Positions 41,224 through 50,786 of a stretch of DNA of 64,000 nt are shown here, in pieces (the first letter of the stretch is position 1; each line of letters opens with the position of its first letter). This stretch comes from an uncultured Gemmatimonadaceae bacterium. GTDB taxonomy: Bacteria > Gemmatimonadota > Gemmatimonadetes > Gemmatimonadales > Gemmatimonadaceae. The stretch is from the NCBI GenBank assembly GCA_963829055.1, contig CAWHHI010000017.1, positions 96,001-160,000 of the forward strand, read 5' to 3'. The notes beneath the pieces were generated by a model. It did not search any database, had not been told where the DNA came from, and saw only the letters and a list, made by a program, of their open reading frames with translations. Both the position numbers and the translations under genes were made by a program.

Positions 41224-41920
41224 CTATTCCTTCGTCCCTCGAATCACCGGCTTGAACAGCAGCCCGTTCTGGTCGATCGTGCCACCGCGCACGACGAAGC
41301 TCTTGCTCACGTCGAACTTCACCACGAGCGTGCTCGTCGCGCCTTCCGTCACGTCCACCGCGCCACCCGAGAGCTTGATCTTGATGCCCGTCTTCGCCGC
41401 GCTCGGGAACTTGAGCCCCACGATCGACTCACCGCCGATCACCGTGTTCGTCTCGTCGTTCAACGTCACGCTCGACTTCGCGGGATCGATGATCAGTCGA
41501 AAGCCGTTGTAGGAACCCGCCGCCACCTCCGCGTCGCCGAGGAACGTGTTCGTGCCGTCCGCGAGCTTCATGAGATCGAACAGCGCGTTCGGCTCGGCCA
41601 CCGTCACCCAGCCGCCCTGCTCCGATTCCGATTCCTCGGTGGCCGCGGCCGCATCGTCGTCCGTCGGCTCCTGACGCTTCGCATCGATGCGCACGACGAA
41701 GATGTCGACGCTCTTCACCGAACCCGCGGGAAGCGGCGATTCAGTCATCCGGCCCGCCGACGTCGCCGCGACGAGCTGCGACAGCGCCGCGACGGACTCG
41801 TTCGTCAATCGCACACCGACCGTACCCGTACCGGCACCCGTCGAATCACTGCAGGCCGCGGCGCCGAACAGCGCCGTGGTCGAAAGGGCAATGACGTGCA
41901 AGACGGTTCGAACCGATCAT
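41224..41920 (-). CDS. DUF4382-like lipoprotein (probable frameshift just after the start)
   Basis: GAGGAGG RBS before ATG 41920; lipobox AAAC; VRLT.., FDLMKL, G.Y...RLII, LKFPSA.KTGIKI, FDVSKSFV, LFKPVIR. Confidence 0.75.
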
Positions 41921-42155
41921 GCATTCCTCCTCTATGAACTCACGTTGGCGAACTCGCGCGGTCGCCCGTGGCGTCGCGCAGCGCCCAGACACGATCGCGG
42001 AGCGCGCACCGACCGTGCGGTGACTGCACGAGAGCCAGCTCATGTGATTCGCCTCACGTTTCCCCTCGATCGGGCACTTCGTCCTCGTGATGCCGTCCCT
42101 CTCCTCGCACTCCGCGTCATGAGATCGCACGATCCGATCGCTCGCAGTCCCAACC

Positions 42156-43266
42156 ATGCGCATCGTGCGACGAGCCGCGCAATGCACGCTCGCGCTCTCG
42201 GGCCTCGTCGCTCTCGCATGCACCGGGCGAGGCGACGATGGCGGCGTCATTCGCATCGGCATCGCCGCCGACCTCAAGCGCCCGAACATGCAGACGGTGC
42301 TGCGAGGCGTCGAGCTGGCGATCGAGCGGCTGAATGCCGAGGGCAACGGTCGACGCTTCGAGATCGCGAAGCCTCCGACGACGGCGACCGGCGCCGTCGA
42401 GATCGCGGCCGCCCTGCGCGATGACCCGCGCGTCGTCGCGGTCGTCGGACCGGCCGACAGCCGGAGCAGCCGCGAATCGGCGCCGATCTTCGCCGACGAA
42501 GACGGCGGCGGTCGACGAGCGCTGGCAGCGGTATCGCCGACGTCGACGAGCATGTCGCTCACCGGCCTGAGTCCGTGGCTGTTCCGCGTCTGCCCGAGCG
42601 ACGCCGCCTCGAGCCGAGCCGCTGCGCGCTACGTGCTCGACTCGTTAGGCTTCCGCCGCGCGACGATCATGTACCGCAACGACTCCTACGGTCGCGGCTG
42701 GAGCACCGCGTTCACGCAGGCGTACAGCGCCGGCGGCGGCGAAGTGCTGGAGCGCAATCCGCACCTCGCCGACATGAACGAGTGGCGCGCGTATGCCGGC
42801 ATCGTGAAGCTCACGAAGCCCAACATCGTCCTGTTCCCCGGATCGCCGGCGGACCTCGCGGGCCTCGTCCGCTCGCTCCGCGCCATCGGCGCCGACACGC
42901 CCGTACTCGGCGGCGACGCGGTCTCCGAGCTCGAGGCGCAGGCCACGGAGTTCGCCGGGCGTTCGCTACATCGCGTTCTTCCAGGCGTCGCGCGTGCAGT
43001 CGAGCGAAGCGAAGGCGTTCGTCTCCGCGTTCGCGCGGAAGTACGGCGTCCCGCCGGAGCAGCGCTCGGCGCTCGCGTACGATGCCACCATGCTCATCGG
43101 CCACGCGGTGCTCGAGGGCGGCGCGACTCGGCCCCGTGTGCGTGAGTACCTCGCGTCCGTCGGCAACTCGCGACCGCCGGTATCCGGCGTGACCGGCCCG
43201 ATCTCGTTCGATCAGCAACACGACGTCGTCGACAAGCCGGTCGTGATCGCGACGGTGGGCAAGTGA
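42156..43266 (+). CDS. Branched-chain amino-acid-type (LivJ/K-like) substrate-binding lipoprotein; frameshift near 42960
   Basis: Lipobox ALAC; GVELAIERLN, VVAVVGPADS, FRVCPSD, NDSYGRG, LGGD; second frame FVSAFARKYG, ALAYDA, GVTGPISFD. Confidence 0.85.
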
Positions 43267-45095
43267 CCGGCCTCGCTGTGTCGCTGCCGAATCGGGTTGG
43301 TGGCGCCGCGGCGCGCCTCATGGAAGGGCTACGCCCGCGAGCCATGCGCACGATCCGCGGGCGCCTCGCGTTCGGCTTCGGCGTCACCGTCGTCCTCGTC
43401 GCGACGATCGCGACCCTCGCCGTCAACGCGCTGCGCCGAGGCAACGCCGGCAACGCGGAGGCGCTCGAATCCGTCGAGCAGGAGTTCGATGGATCGCAGC
43501 GCGTGATCACCGCCGCACTCCGCGAGATCGCGTCCGGCGTGCAGTACCTCGAGAGCGGCACCGCCGACGATCGCGAACGGTGGGAAGCCATGGTGTCGCG
43601 CGCCGGAGTCGGCGCGATCGGACGCGGCGAAGGTATCGACGTTGACCGCCGACCAGCGCGCGCGCCTCGAGGAAGTCGGCAACCTTCAGAGCGCGGTCGA
43701 AGTGCGCATCGCGATGGCGCAGGCGTACCGCCGCATCGGCGAGCCTGGCCAGGCCGCACCGCTGGTAAAGAAGGCGTTCGATGACGTCGAGTCCATCGAC
43801 CGGACGCTCGAACAATTTCGCGCTGGGTCGGCAGCACGACGGCGCGACATTGCGTCCGGGCTCGCGGACAGCCTGCGCCGCGACCAGTTGCTCGTGCTCC
43901 TGCTCGGTGTCGCCGCCGTCGTCGTTGCGATCATCTTCGGCGTCGGGACATCGCGGGCAGTGACGCGTCCGCTCGCGGCGTTCGCCGTGGACATGGAAGC
44001 GATGGGCGAAGGCGATCTGCGTCTCGCCATCGATGACCACCGCGGCGCCGACGAGTTCGCGAAGCTCGCGAACGCGCTTCGCCGTGCCCGGGAGCGGCTG
44101 GGCGCACTCGTCTCGCACGTGCAGGTCGAGTCGGAACAGGTCTCGTCGGCGGCGAATCAGCTCGCCGCGAGCGCGACCAGCGTGTCCGACGCCGCGAGCC
44201 ACATGACGCGCGGGCATCACAGACATCGCAGAGGGTGCGTCGGCGCAGCTCGAGGCGTTGGGCTCCGCCGCGGCTGCTGTTCGGCGACTGAGCGACGCCG
44301 GCACGGCCATCCAGAGCGCCGTGGCAGCGACGGGTAGTGCGGGCGTCGAGATCCGCGCGACGGCGAACGACGCGCGCTCCGAGCTGGCGAACGCGGTCGA
44401 CGACGCTGCGCGAGGCGGCGGAAGTCGCCAACGGTTCGGCCGCCGAGATCCGGGAGCTGCAGGACGCGACCGCCGCGGTCGACAACTTCGCGACGCTCAT
44501 CGGCAGCATCGCGTCGCAGACGAACCTGCTCGCGCTCAACGCGGCAATCGAGGCCGCGCGTGCGGGCGCGTACGGTCGCGGCTTCGCGGTCGTCGCCGAG
44601 GAAGTGCGGCTGCTCGCTGACCAGAGCCACCAGGCGTCGGAGGAAGTCGCCGAGAGCGTGCGTCGCATCCGCGAGCGGATCGATCGCGCGGTCGGATCGG
44701 TCGGCGTGGGCACGGCACGCATGCGCGACGCGCGGAAGGTTGCGGAGAACGCGTCGGCGTCGCTCGACCGGATCGAGCGCGCGATCGCGTCCGTCGAGGA
44801 GGCGACGGCGCAGGTGGAGGAGGTCGTCGCCGCGAGCCGGGAGCTCATCGGCGAGGTCGACAGCGCAATGGAGCGCGTGCGCGCGGCGGCAGAAGGACAC
44901 GCGGCCGCCGCGCAGGAAGTTGCCGCGGCGGCCGAGGAGAGCTCGGGATCGATGCAGGAAGTCTCGGCCACCGCGCAGCAGCTGCAGCTCGCGGCGAACC
45001 GCGTCCAGGGAATGACGCAGGAATTCCGGACGGAGGAATTCCGCGCCGTAGTCATTCCGAGCGAGCTCGCCGGGCGGGGTCAGACTCGAGTCTGA
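43263..45095 (+). CDS. Methyl-accepting chemotaxis protein (2 TM, HAMP, MA domain), several frameshifts
   Basis: [13 protein letters not shown]1; TM2 plus HAMP VTRPL...GDL...DEFAKLA; signalling [41 protein letters not shown] overlap with the upstream gene. Confidence 0.88.
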
Positions 45096-45106
45096 CCCCA
45101 ATGACG
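45076..45106. repeat. Family D perfect palindrome GGGGTCAGACTCGAGTCTGACCCC
   Basis: 24-bp palindrome containing the MCP stop codon. Other copies at 48454, 48503 and 50722. Confidence 0.9.
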
Positions 45107-45116
45107 CAACTACGGA

Positions 45117-46400
45117 TTACTTCTTCTTCGCCTTTCCTGCCGGCACCGACGCAGCCGCTGACGTGTCTCCCGCCTTCTTCGCTCTGAACACCATCGTCTG
45201 CCCTTCGTAGCCGAACGTGACGTCGGCTGAATTCTCGACCTGCGCGATGGCGACGCGCAGCGAGTCGAGCGGCGCATCGACACTCGCCGGCCGATCGAGC
45301 GCCTTGAGCTCGGGGACCTTGATGTCGACGCCGTACCACCGATTGAGCTCCGTCACCACGTCGCGCAGTTGACGGGCGATCGTGACCCGCCGCGTCGTCC
45401 AGTTCGTGGCAACGCCGAGTTCCGCTGGCGTCGGCTCGCGCATTGTTCCGTTGCTCTCGATCACCAGGGCCTGCCCATTCGAGAGCGCGCGCTCCTGTTT
45501 GTCCACCTTCACCGTTGCCTGTCCCTCGGGGACGCGCACCGTGACGACCGGATCGTTGGGGTACGCCCGTACGATGATCGTCGTGCCCGTCGCGATGACG
45601 GCCGCGTTTCCAGCACGAATCTCGAACGGCAGCGGGTTCCCCGGCGCGACCGTGAAGCGTCCCGCGCCGTCGACCTTCACCGCGCGCATCTGTTCGTTGA
45701 ACTGCTTGGGGAGCGTGAGCTTCGAGCCCGCGCCGAGCATCACCTTGGTCGAGTCGTCGAGCGTCAGCGTGCCGGTCTGGCCGTTCGCCGCGGAGAGCGT
45801 GCGCGCTTCGCTCGAGGCCAGCGCTCGCGTCACGGCGCGGTCGGCACCGAGCTGTGTGGCGTACCACATGGCGCCGCCGGCGATGGCCGCTCCGACCACG
45901 CCGATGAGCACCGGAATCCGCCAGGACTGCGGCTTCGACAGATCGCCGACGTGTTCCGCAGCCGAGTGGCGAAGCTGCTCGGTGTACGCCTGCGCTTCGG
46001 CGCGGGTGGCTTCGGGATGGATCTGTCGCGTTAGGTGCTGCCACGCCTGATCCACATCCGGCGCCGATGTCGCGTGGTGGGCACCGCCGCTCGATGCCCC
46101 GCCGAGATGATGGGCTGCCGCGCGACGACTGAGCTCGCGGGCGGCGCAGCGGCGCACCATGTCGTGGAGGTACGCCGTCAGGTCGGCTTCCGTGGCGATG
46201 CTCGCGCGATCGTCCCACGCCTGGCGGAATGCCGACTCGACGACCTTTGGCGCGGCGGACGCCGCGCTTTCCCCCAAGTGGCCTCGAGCCTCCTGGCAGA
46301 GACTCGAGAAGTGCGTGCGGAAGAGGTTTTCGAGTGTGGCCTCATCACGCAGCGGTCCGTCGATCGTTCCTGGAGCGTTCGACAGCGACGATCCGGTCAT
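45117..46400 (-). CDS. FecR-domain membrane protein with an N-terminal ECF sigma region-2-like domain
   Basis: GGAGGT RBS. N-terminal TLENLFRTHFSSLCQEARGHLG...VVESAFRQAW...LTAYLHDMVRR; DVDQAWQHL; one TM; FecR LTLDDSTKVMLGAGSKL, GRFTV, PFEIRAG, ATGT; C-terminal LRDVVTELNRWYGVDI. Confidence 0.8.
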   Translation of the reverse strand: MTGSSLSNAPGTIDGPLRDEATLENLFRTHFSSLCQEARGHLGESAASAAPKVVESAFRQAWDDRASIATEADLTAYLHDMVRRCAARELSRRAAAHHLGGASSGGAHHATSAPDVDQAWQHLTRQIHPEATRAEAQAYTEQLRHSAAEHVGDLSKPQSWRIPVLIGVVGAAIAGGAMWYATQLGADRAVTRALASSEARTLSAANGQTGTLTLDDSTKVMLGAGSKLTLPKQFNEQMRAVKVDGAGRFTVAPGNPLPFEIRAGNAAVIATGTTIIVRAYPNDPVVTVRVPEGQATVKVDKQERALSNGQALVIESNGTMREPTPAELGVATNWTTRRVTIARQLRDVVTELNRWYGVDIKVPELKALDRPASVDAPLDSLRVAIAQVENSADVTFGYEGQTMVFRAKKAGDTSAAASVPAGKAKKK

Positions 46401-46807
46401 TGCGACCTCCGGGACGCGCAGGGTGGCTCGGGCCGCCCATTGCTTCTTCATCCCGGCATCGTCGCCGGGGTGACTGACGGCCATACGATTCAGCCTGCAG
46501 CCTATGCAGCCTTTACCGCATTTATCTGACCCAATCCTGCCACATGCGGCGGGCATGTCAAGCCGAGCCAGAGACAGCGCGGCGGAGTTTTCAGCGGAAG
46601 GCCATTCGTCCGGGCTCACCAGAAGGGATTGGGATGTCAAACGTCTTCCCATTCTCACGGACGCAGCGTGGCGCTCGTCACCGCGCAGAGCGTGCACGAG
46701 CCCGACATTCAAGTGCACACGGATGACGTCGTTACGCGCACGAGGGCCGCGCGTCCAGAGGGAGCCCAGAGCAGTTGTCCGCGCCGTTTTAGCCTTAAGA
46801 GGACGTA

Positions 46808-47173
46808 ATGCGTGTACCGCACGTGATCGCCGGAGTTCTGGCTTTGGTGCTCGTCGGGTGTGCGCGACTCATTCCACCCGATTCGATCATCGCGCTGGAA
46901 GTAGGGCCGCAACAGGTGAACGTGGTGGTGGGGGCAAGCCAGCCACTGCAGTTGATCGGAACGCGCGGGGACGGTCGCACGGTGAAGCTCTCGGCCAAAG
47001 ACCTCCGATTCTCGTCGCGCGACTCGTCGGTAGCACGCGTGACGCGTGACGGTGCCGTTCAGGGCTTGCGGCTCGGCCGGACTTCGATCTCCGCTACGCT
47101 CATGACGCCTGGTGGGCTAGTGTCGGTGAACGGAATTGCGGTCGCGGTTGGAGCGATGGTCGCGCGAAAGTAG
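46808..47173 (+). CDS. Small Ig-like (Big_2) domain lipoprotein
   Basis: GAGGA RBS; lipobox LVGC; FSSRDSSVARVTRDGAVQGLRLGRTSISAT. Confidence 0.75.
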   Translation: MRVPHVIAGVLALVLVGCARLIPPDSIIALEVGPQQVNVVVGASQPLQLIGTRGDGRTVKLSAKDLRFSSRDSSVARVTRDGAVQGLRLGRTSISATLMTPGGLVSVNGIAVAVGAMVARK

Positions 47174-47214
47174 AAGCCGAGCTCGACAAAGTCGCGCTAA
47201 GAGCGGTAGCTGAA

Positions 47215-47247
47215 GCGGCCTCACCGGAATATCTCCGGCGAGGCCGC
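47215..47247 (+). terminator. GC-rich hairpin after the Ig-like gene
   Basis: GCGGCCTCACCGGA-ATATC-TCCGGCGAGGCCGC followed by TCTCT. Confidence 0.55.
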
Positions 47248-47339
47248 TCTCTCATCCGTGGCCGATCCGTTTCGTGGAGCATGGCACCTCGCATGCGTTT
47301 TTGAGCGGATCACTCGCTCAGCAAGGAGGAACAGCCACC

Positions 47340-47903
47340 ATGGAGTCACTCAACCCTCAAATACTCATTGGCGTGCTCGTCGCGTTGGCGGTCGTCGTGA
47401 TCGCCTTCGTGCTGATGCAGAAGCGACGCACGGACGAGTTGCGCGGGAAATTCGGACCCGAGTACGAGCGACTGGTTCAGCAGCATGGCGACGCTCGACA
47501 TGCGGAGAGCGAGCTCGCCAGTCGCGTGGATCGGGTGAAGCAACTGCACATCAAGCCGATCACACCCGAGCACCGCGACCGATTTGCCGAAGCGTGGCGC
47601 TCCGACCAGGCGCGGTTCGTAGATGATCCGAAGGGCGCGGTGGTGGAAGCCGACCGACTCGTCGCAGACCTGATGCAGGTCCGTGGCTATCCAGTGGGCG
47701 ACTTCGAGCAGCGCGCCGCGGATGTGTCGGTGGATCACCCGCACGTCGTACAGAACTATCGCGTTGCGCACGACATCGCCGTCCGCGAGCAGCGGGGCGA
47801 AGCATCGACCGAAGATCTCCGCGTCGCGATGGTTCACTATCGCGCGCTGTTCGAGGATCTGCTCGACTCGAACGAGCCTGAGCCAAGGGAGGCACACCGA
47901 TGA
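47340..47903 (+). CDS. Hypothetical protein with N-terminal membrane anchor
   Basis: AAGGAGG RBS; TM helix; LRGKFGPEYER, ARFVDDPKGAVVEADRLV, STEDLRVAMVHYRALFEDLL. Confidence 0.85.
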   Translation: MESLNPQILIGVLVALAVVVIAFVLMQKRRTDELRGKFGPEYERLVQQHGDARHAESELASRVDRVKQLHIKPITPEHRDRFAEAWRSDQARFVDDPKGAVVEADRLVADLMQVRGYPVGDFEQRAADVSVDHPHVVQNYRVAHDIAVREQRGEASTEDLRVAMVHYRALFEDLLDSNEPEPREAHR

Positions 47904-48442
47904 CCGATCCTCGACGTTCCAATGATGAGCGCCTGTCCACCGCCGACCTCGCCGCCGCTGGTGAGCGTGCGACCCAGCGCGGAGTCGACCAGACACAGGC
48001 TCAGCGTCCCGCGCAGGCGCAGCCTACGCCGCCCGGACGCCCGCAGACCGACCGCGAGGTCATGCGCGACGCGCAGCGCGCCCAGCGCGCCGATGTCGGT
48101 ACGGAGACCCCGGGGCCATCGGCGACGCCCGCGCCGCGCGCGACGGCCGACCACGCGCACGACCACGACCATCCTACGCCACTGTTCGCCGGCAACGAGA
48201 CCGACGAGTTCCGGCACCGTTGGAACGACATCCAGACGGGTTTCGTGGACGAGCCGCGTCAGGCGGTCGAGCGCGCCGACGCGCTGGTTGCCACCGCGAT
48301 CAAGCGCCTGGCGGAGATCTTCGCGCAGGAGCGCGGCGTCCTCGAACAGCAGTGGGCGCGCGGCGGCGATGTCTCGACGGAGGACCTGCGCGTTGCTTTG
48401 CGCAGATACCGCGGGTTTTTCGACCGCCTGTTGTCCGTCTAG
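47900..48442 (+). CDS. Hypothetical protein, soluble paralog of the upstream gene's C-terminal domain
   Basis: ATGA overlap and GGAGG RBS; GFVDEPRQAVERADALV, STEDLRVALRRYRGFFDRLL. Confidence 0.85.
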   Translation: MTDPRRSNDERLSTADLAAAGERATQRGVDQTQAQRPAQAQPTPPGRPQTDREVMRDAQRAQRADVGTETPGPSATPAPRATADHAHDHDHPTPLFAGNETDEFRHRWNDIQTGFVDEPRQAVERADALVATAIKRLAEIFAQERGVLEQQWARGGDVSTEDLRVALRRYRGFFDRLLSV

Positions 48443-48453
48443 GACATCGGATC

Positions 48454-48564
48454 GGGGTCAGACTCGAGTCTGACCCCATTTGCGATCATCGTTTTGTTGC
48501 TACGTCATTGGGGTCAGACTCGAGTCTGACCCCAATGACGCCAATGACGTAGTCTGACCCCATT
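48454..48564. repeat. Cluster of family D palindromes
   Basis: 24-bp palindrome at 48454-48477, 38-bp perfect palindrome at 48503-48540, partial arms to 48564. Confidence 0.9.
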
Positions 48565-48658
48565 CCAGGCCGGCAGCGCACGTTGCTGACGACTCGCCGG
48601 ACGCGCATCATCTGCGAGCGTTTCAATGCTTGCCGCCCTTCCCATTCCCGATCCGCCG

Positions 48659-50176
48659 ATGCGTCGTTCCGCCCTCCTCGCGGCCGCCCTGCTCCTTCCG
48701 CCAGCCGCCTTCCGCGCCAGTGCGCAGAAGCCTAACGAACCTGCCCGCCAACTCGACGCGTACACCGCGCAGGCGGTGAAGGACTGGGGCGCCGTCGGGC
48801 TCGCGATCGCCGTCGTCAAGGATGGCCAGCTCGTCTTCGCCAAAGGCTACGGCGTGCGCGAGCTCGGGAAGCCCGAACAGGTCGACAGCGCGACGCTGTT
48901 CGCCATTGGATCCACCACGAAGGCCATGACCGCGGCGTCCATCGGCATGCTCGTGGACGAAGGCAAGCTGCGTTGGGACGACCCCGTCACCAACTACCTG
49001 CCGACGTTCCAGCTGCACGACCCGTGGGTCACGCGCGAGATCACCATCCGCGACCTGCTCACGCACCGCGCCGGCCTCCCCAACGCTGATTACCTCTGGT
49101 ACGGCTCCAACAATTCGACGACCGAGATTCTCCGCCGCGTGCGGCTCGTCGAGCCGGCGTACTCGCTGCGATCGAGCTTCATCTATCAGAACGTGATGTA
49201 CGCGGCGGCCGGCCAGGTCATCGCCGCCGTCAGTGGCATGCCGTGGGAAGAATTCGTCCGCACACGCATCTTCACGCCGTTGCACATGGCCCGCACGGTG
49301 CCGCTCCTTTCGCGCGCCGGCGCGATGCCTAACGTCGCCACGCCGCATGGCCTGGTCGACGACACCATGCGCGTCATCCCGAATGCGAGTGTCGATCCGG
49401 TCGCCTCGGCCGGCTCGGTCTGGTCGAGCGTCGCCGACATGTCGAAGTGGATGCGCTTCATCCTCGACAGTGGTCGCGTCGACGGCAAACCGCTGCTCAA
49501 ACCGACGACGTTCGCCGAGCTGCTCAAGCCGCAGACGATGGTGCCGCCGAACGAGTTCTATCCGACGGCCCGCCTCACGCACCCGCACTGGACCACATAC
49601 GCCCTCGGCTGGTTCCAGCAGGACTACAACGGCCGCGCAGTCAGCTTTCACACCGGAAGTATCGACGGGATGGTCGCCATCATCGGGCTCGTTCCCGACG
49701 AGCGGCTCGGCGTCTACGTCCTGGCCAACGCCGACCACGTCGAGCTGAGGCACGCGCTCATGTTGAAGGCGTTCGACCTCTGGGGCCCGCCGAACGCAAA
49801 GCCACGGGACTGGAGCACCGAGCTCCGCACGATGTATGGGAACCAGCGCGCTCAGGCGGTCGCCGCCGCGAAGGCAGCGGAGGCCAAGCGCGTGACCGGC
49901 ACGAAGCCGTCGTTGGCGCTCGCGCGCTACGCGGGCGTCTACGCCGACTCGCTGTACGGCGAGGCGACCGTACGCTCAGCCGGGGACGGCTTGCGACTGC
50001 GGGTTGGAACGACGGAGGGCTCTCTCGAGCACTGGCAGTACGACACCTTCAAGGTCCGATGGGACACGCGCTGGCTCGGCACCGACCTCGTGACTTTTGT
50101 GCTCGGCTCTGACGGTGCGCCAGCGCGGCTGGAGATGGACAGACGGTCGTTCGCGAGAACCGATCGTGGCAAGTAA
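48659..50176 (+). CDS. Serine hydrolase (beta-lactamase class C-like) with C-terminal DUF3471-like domain
   Basis: Signal peptide; FAIGSTTK (SxxK), DLLTHRAG, FIYQNVMY (YxN), HTGSIDG; YAGVYADSLYG, LEHWQYDTF. Confidence 0.9.
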   Translation: MRRSALLAAALLLPPAAFRASAQKPNEPARQLDAYTAQAVKDWGAVGLAIAVVKDGQLVFAKGYGVRELGKPEQVDSATLFAIGSTTKAMTAASIGMLVDEGKLRWDDPVTNYLPTFQLHDPWVTREITIRDLLTHRAGLPNADYLWYGSNNSTTEILRRVRLVEPAYSLRSSFIYQNVMYAAAGQVIAAVSGMPWEEFVRTRIFTPLHMARTVPLLSRAGAMPNVATPHGLVDDTMRVIPNASVDPVASAGSVWSSVADMSKWMRFILDSGRVDGKPLLKPTTFAELLKPQTMVPPNEFYPTARLTHPHWTTYALGWFQQDYNGRAVSFHTGSIDGMVAIIGLVPDERLGVYVLANADHVELRHALMLKAFDLWGPPNAKPRDWSTELRTMYGNQRAQAVAAAKAAEAKRVTGTKPSLALARYAGVYADSLYGEATVRSAGDGLRLRVGTTEGSLEHWQYDTFKVRWDTRWLGTDLVTFVLGSDGAPARLEMDRRSFARTDRGK

Positions 50177-50327
50177 CCGTGGACAGACCTCGCCAGCGTC
50201 GGTCTGGCACGGTCTGAGCATAGAGAGGGCTTTGCTCATCCAGCGATGGACGTCCACGCCGTTGTGGGGCATCGCTTGAGCCGAGTATCAGCGTCGTCAA
50301 CCCTTCTAACGCGGTGCGAGGCCAACC

Positions 50328-50588
50328 ATGTCGATCCTCTGGACCATCATCATCGGACTCATCGTCGGTGCGCTCGCGAAGTTCGTGATGCCCGGCAAAG
50401 ACCCGGGCGGCATCATCATCACGATTCTTCTCGGCATCGTCGGCGCGTTCGTCGGTACGTTCATCGGGCGCGCGCTCGGATTGTATGCGAATGGCCAGTC
50501 CGCTGGCTGGATCATGTCGGTGATCGGCGCGGTCATCGTGCTGTTCATCTACCGTATGGTCACGGGTCGTCGCGGACCTGTCGTGTAA
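50328..50588 (+). CDS. GlsB/YeaQ/YmgE family stress-response membrane protein
   Basis: IIIGLIVGALAKFVMPG, LGIVGAFVG, SVIGAVIVLFIY; GAGG RBS. Confidence 0.92.
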   Translation: MSILWTIIIGLIVGALAKFVMPGKDPGGIIITILLGIVGAFVGTFIGRALGLYANGQSAGWIMSVIGAVIVLFIYRMVTGRRGPVV

Positions 50589-50721
50589 GCAGCCGGGGCC
50601 AGGCTACTGGCTCCCGCAGTGTGCTTGTGGCTACGTGTCGGACGGATGAGCCTGACCGCTTCCATCCAGTTCCGGCACGTAGTCGCGTGCGCACGTAACG
50701 CAGCCGCAATCGTGATCCGAC

Positions 50722-50763
50722 TACGTCATTGGGGTCAGGCTCGAGCCTGACCCCAATGACGTA
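50722..50763. repeat. Family D 42-bp perfect palindrome with a compensatory base-pair change
   Basis: TACGTCATTGGGGTCAGGCTC-GAGCCTGACCCCAATGACGTA, between convergent genes. Confidence 0.9.
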
Positions 50764-50786
50764 TAGCAAGCAAATCAGCGCAGATC

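Noticed and set aside
48454..48564. Clustered palindromes as a CRISPR array
   Set aside because: Only two full units, no regular unique spacers, no cas genes, and dispersed copies elsewhere.
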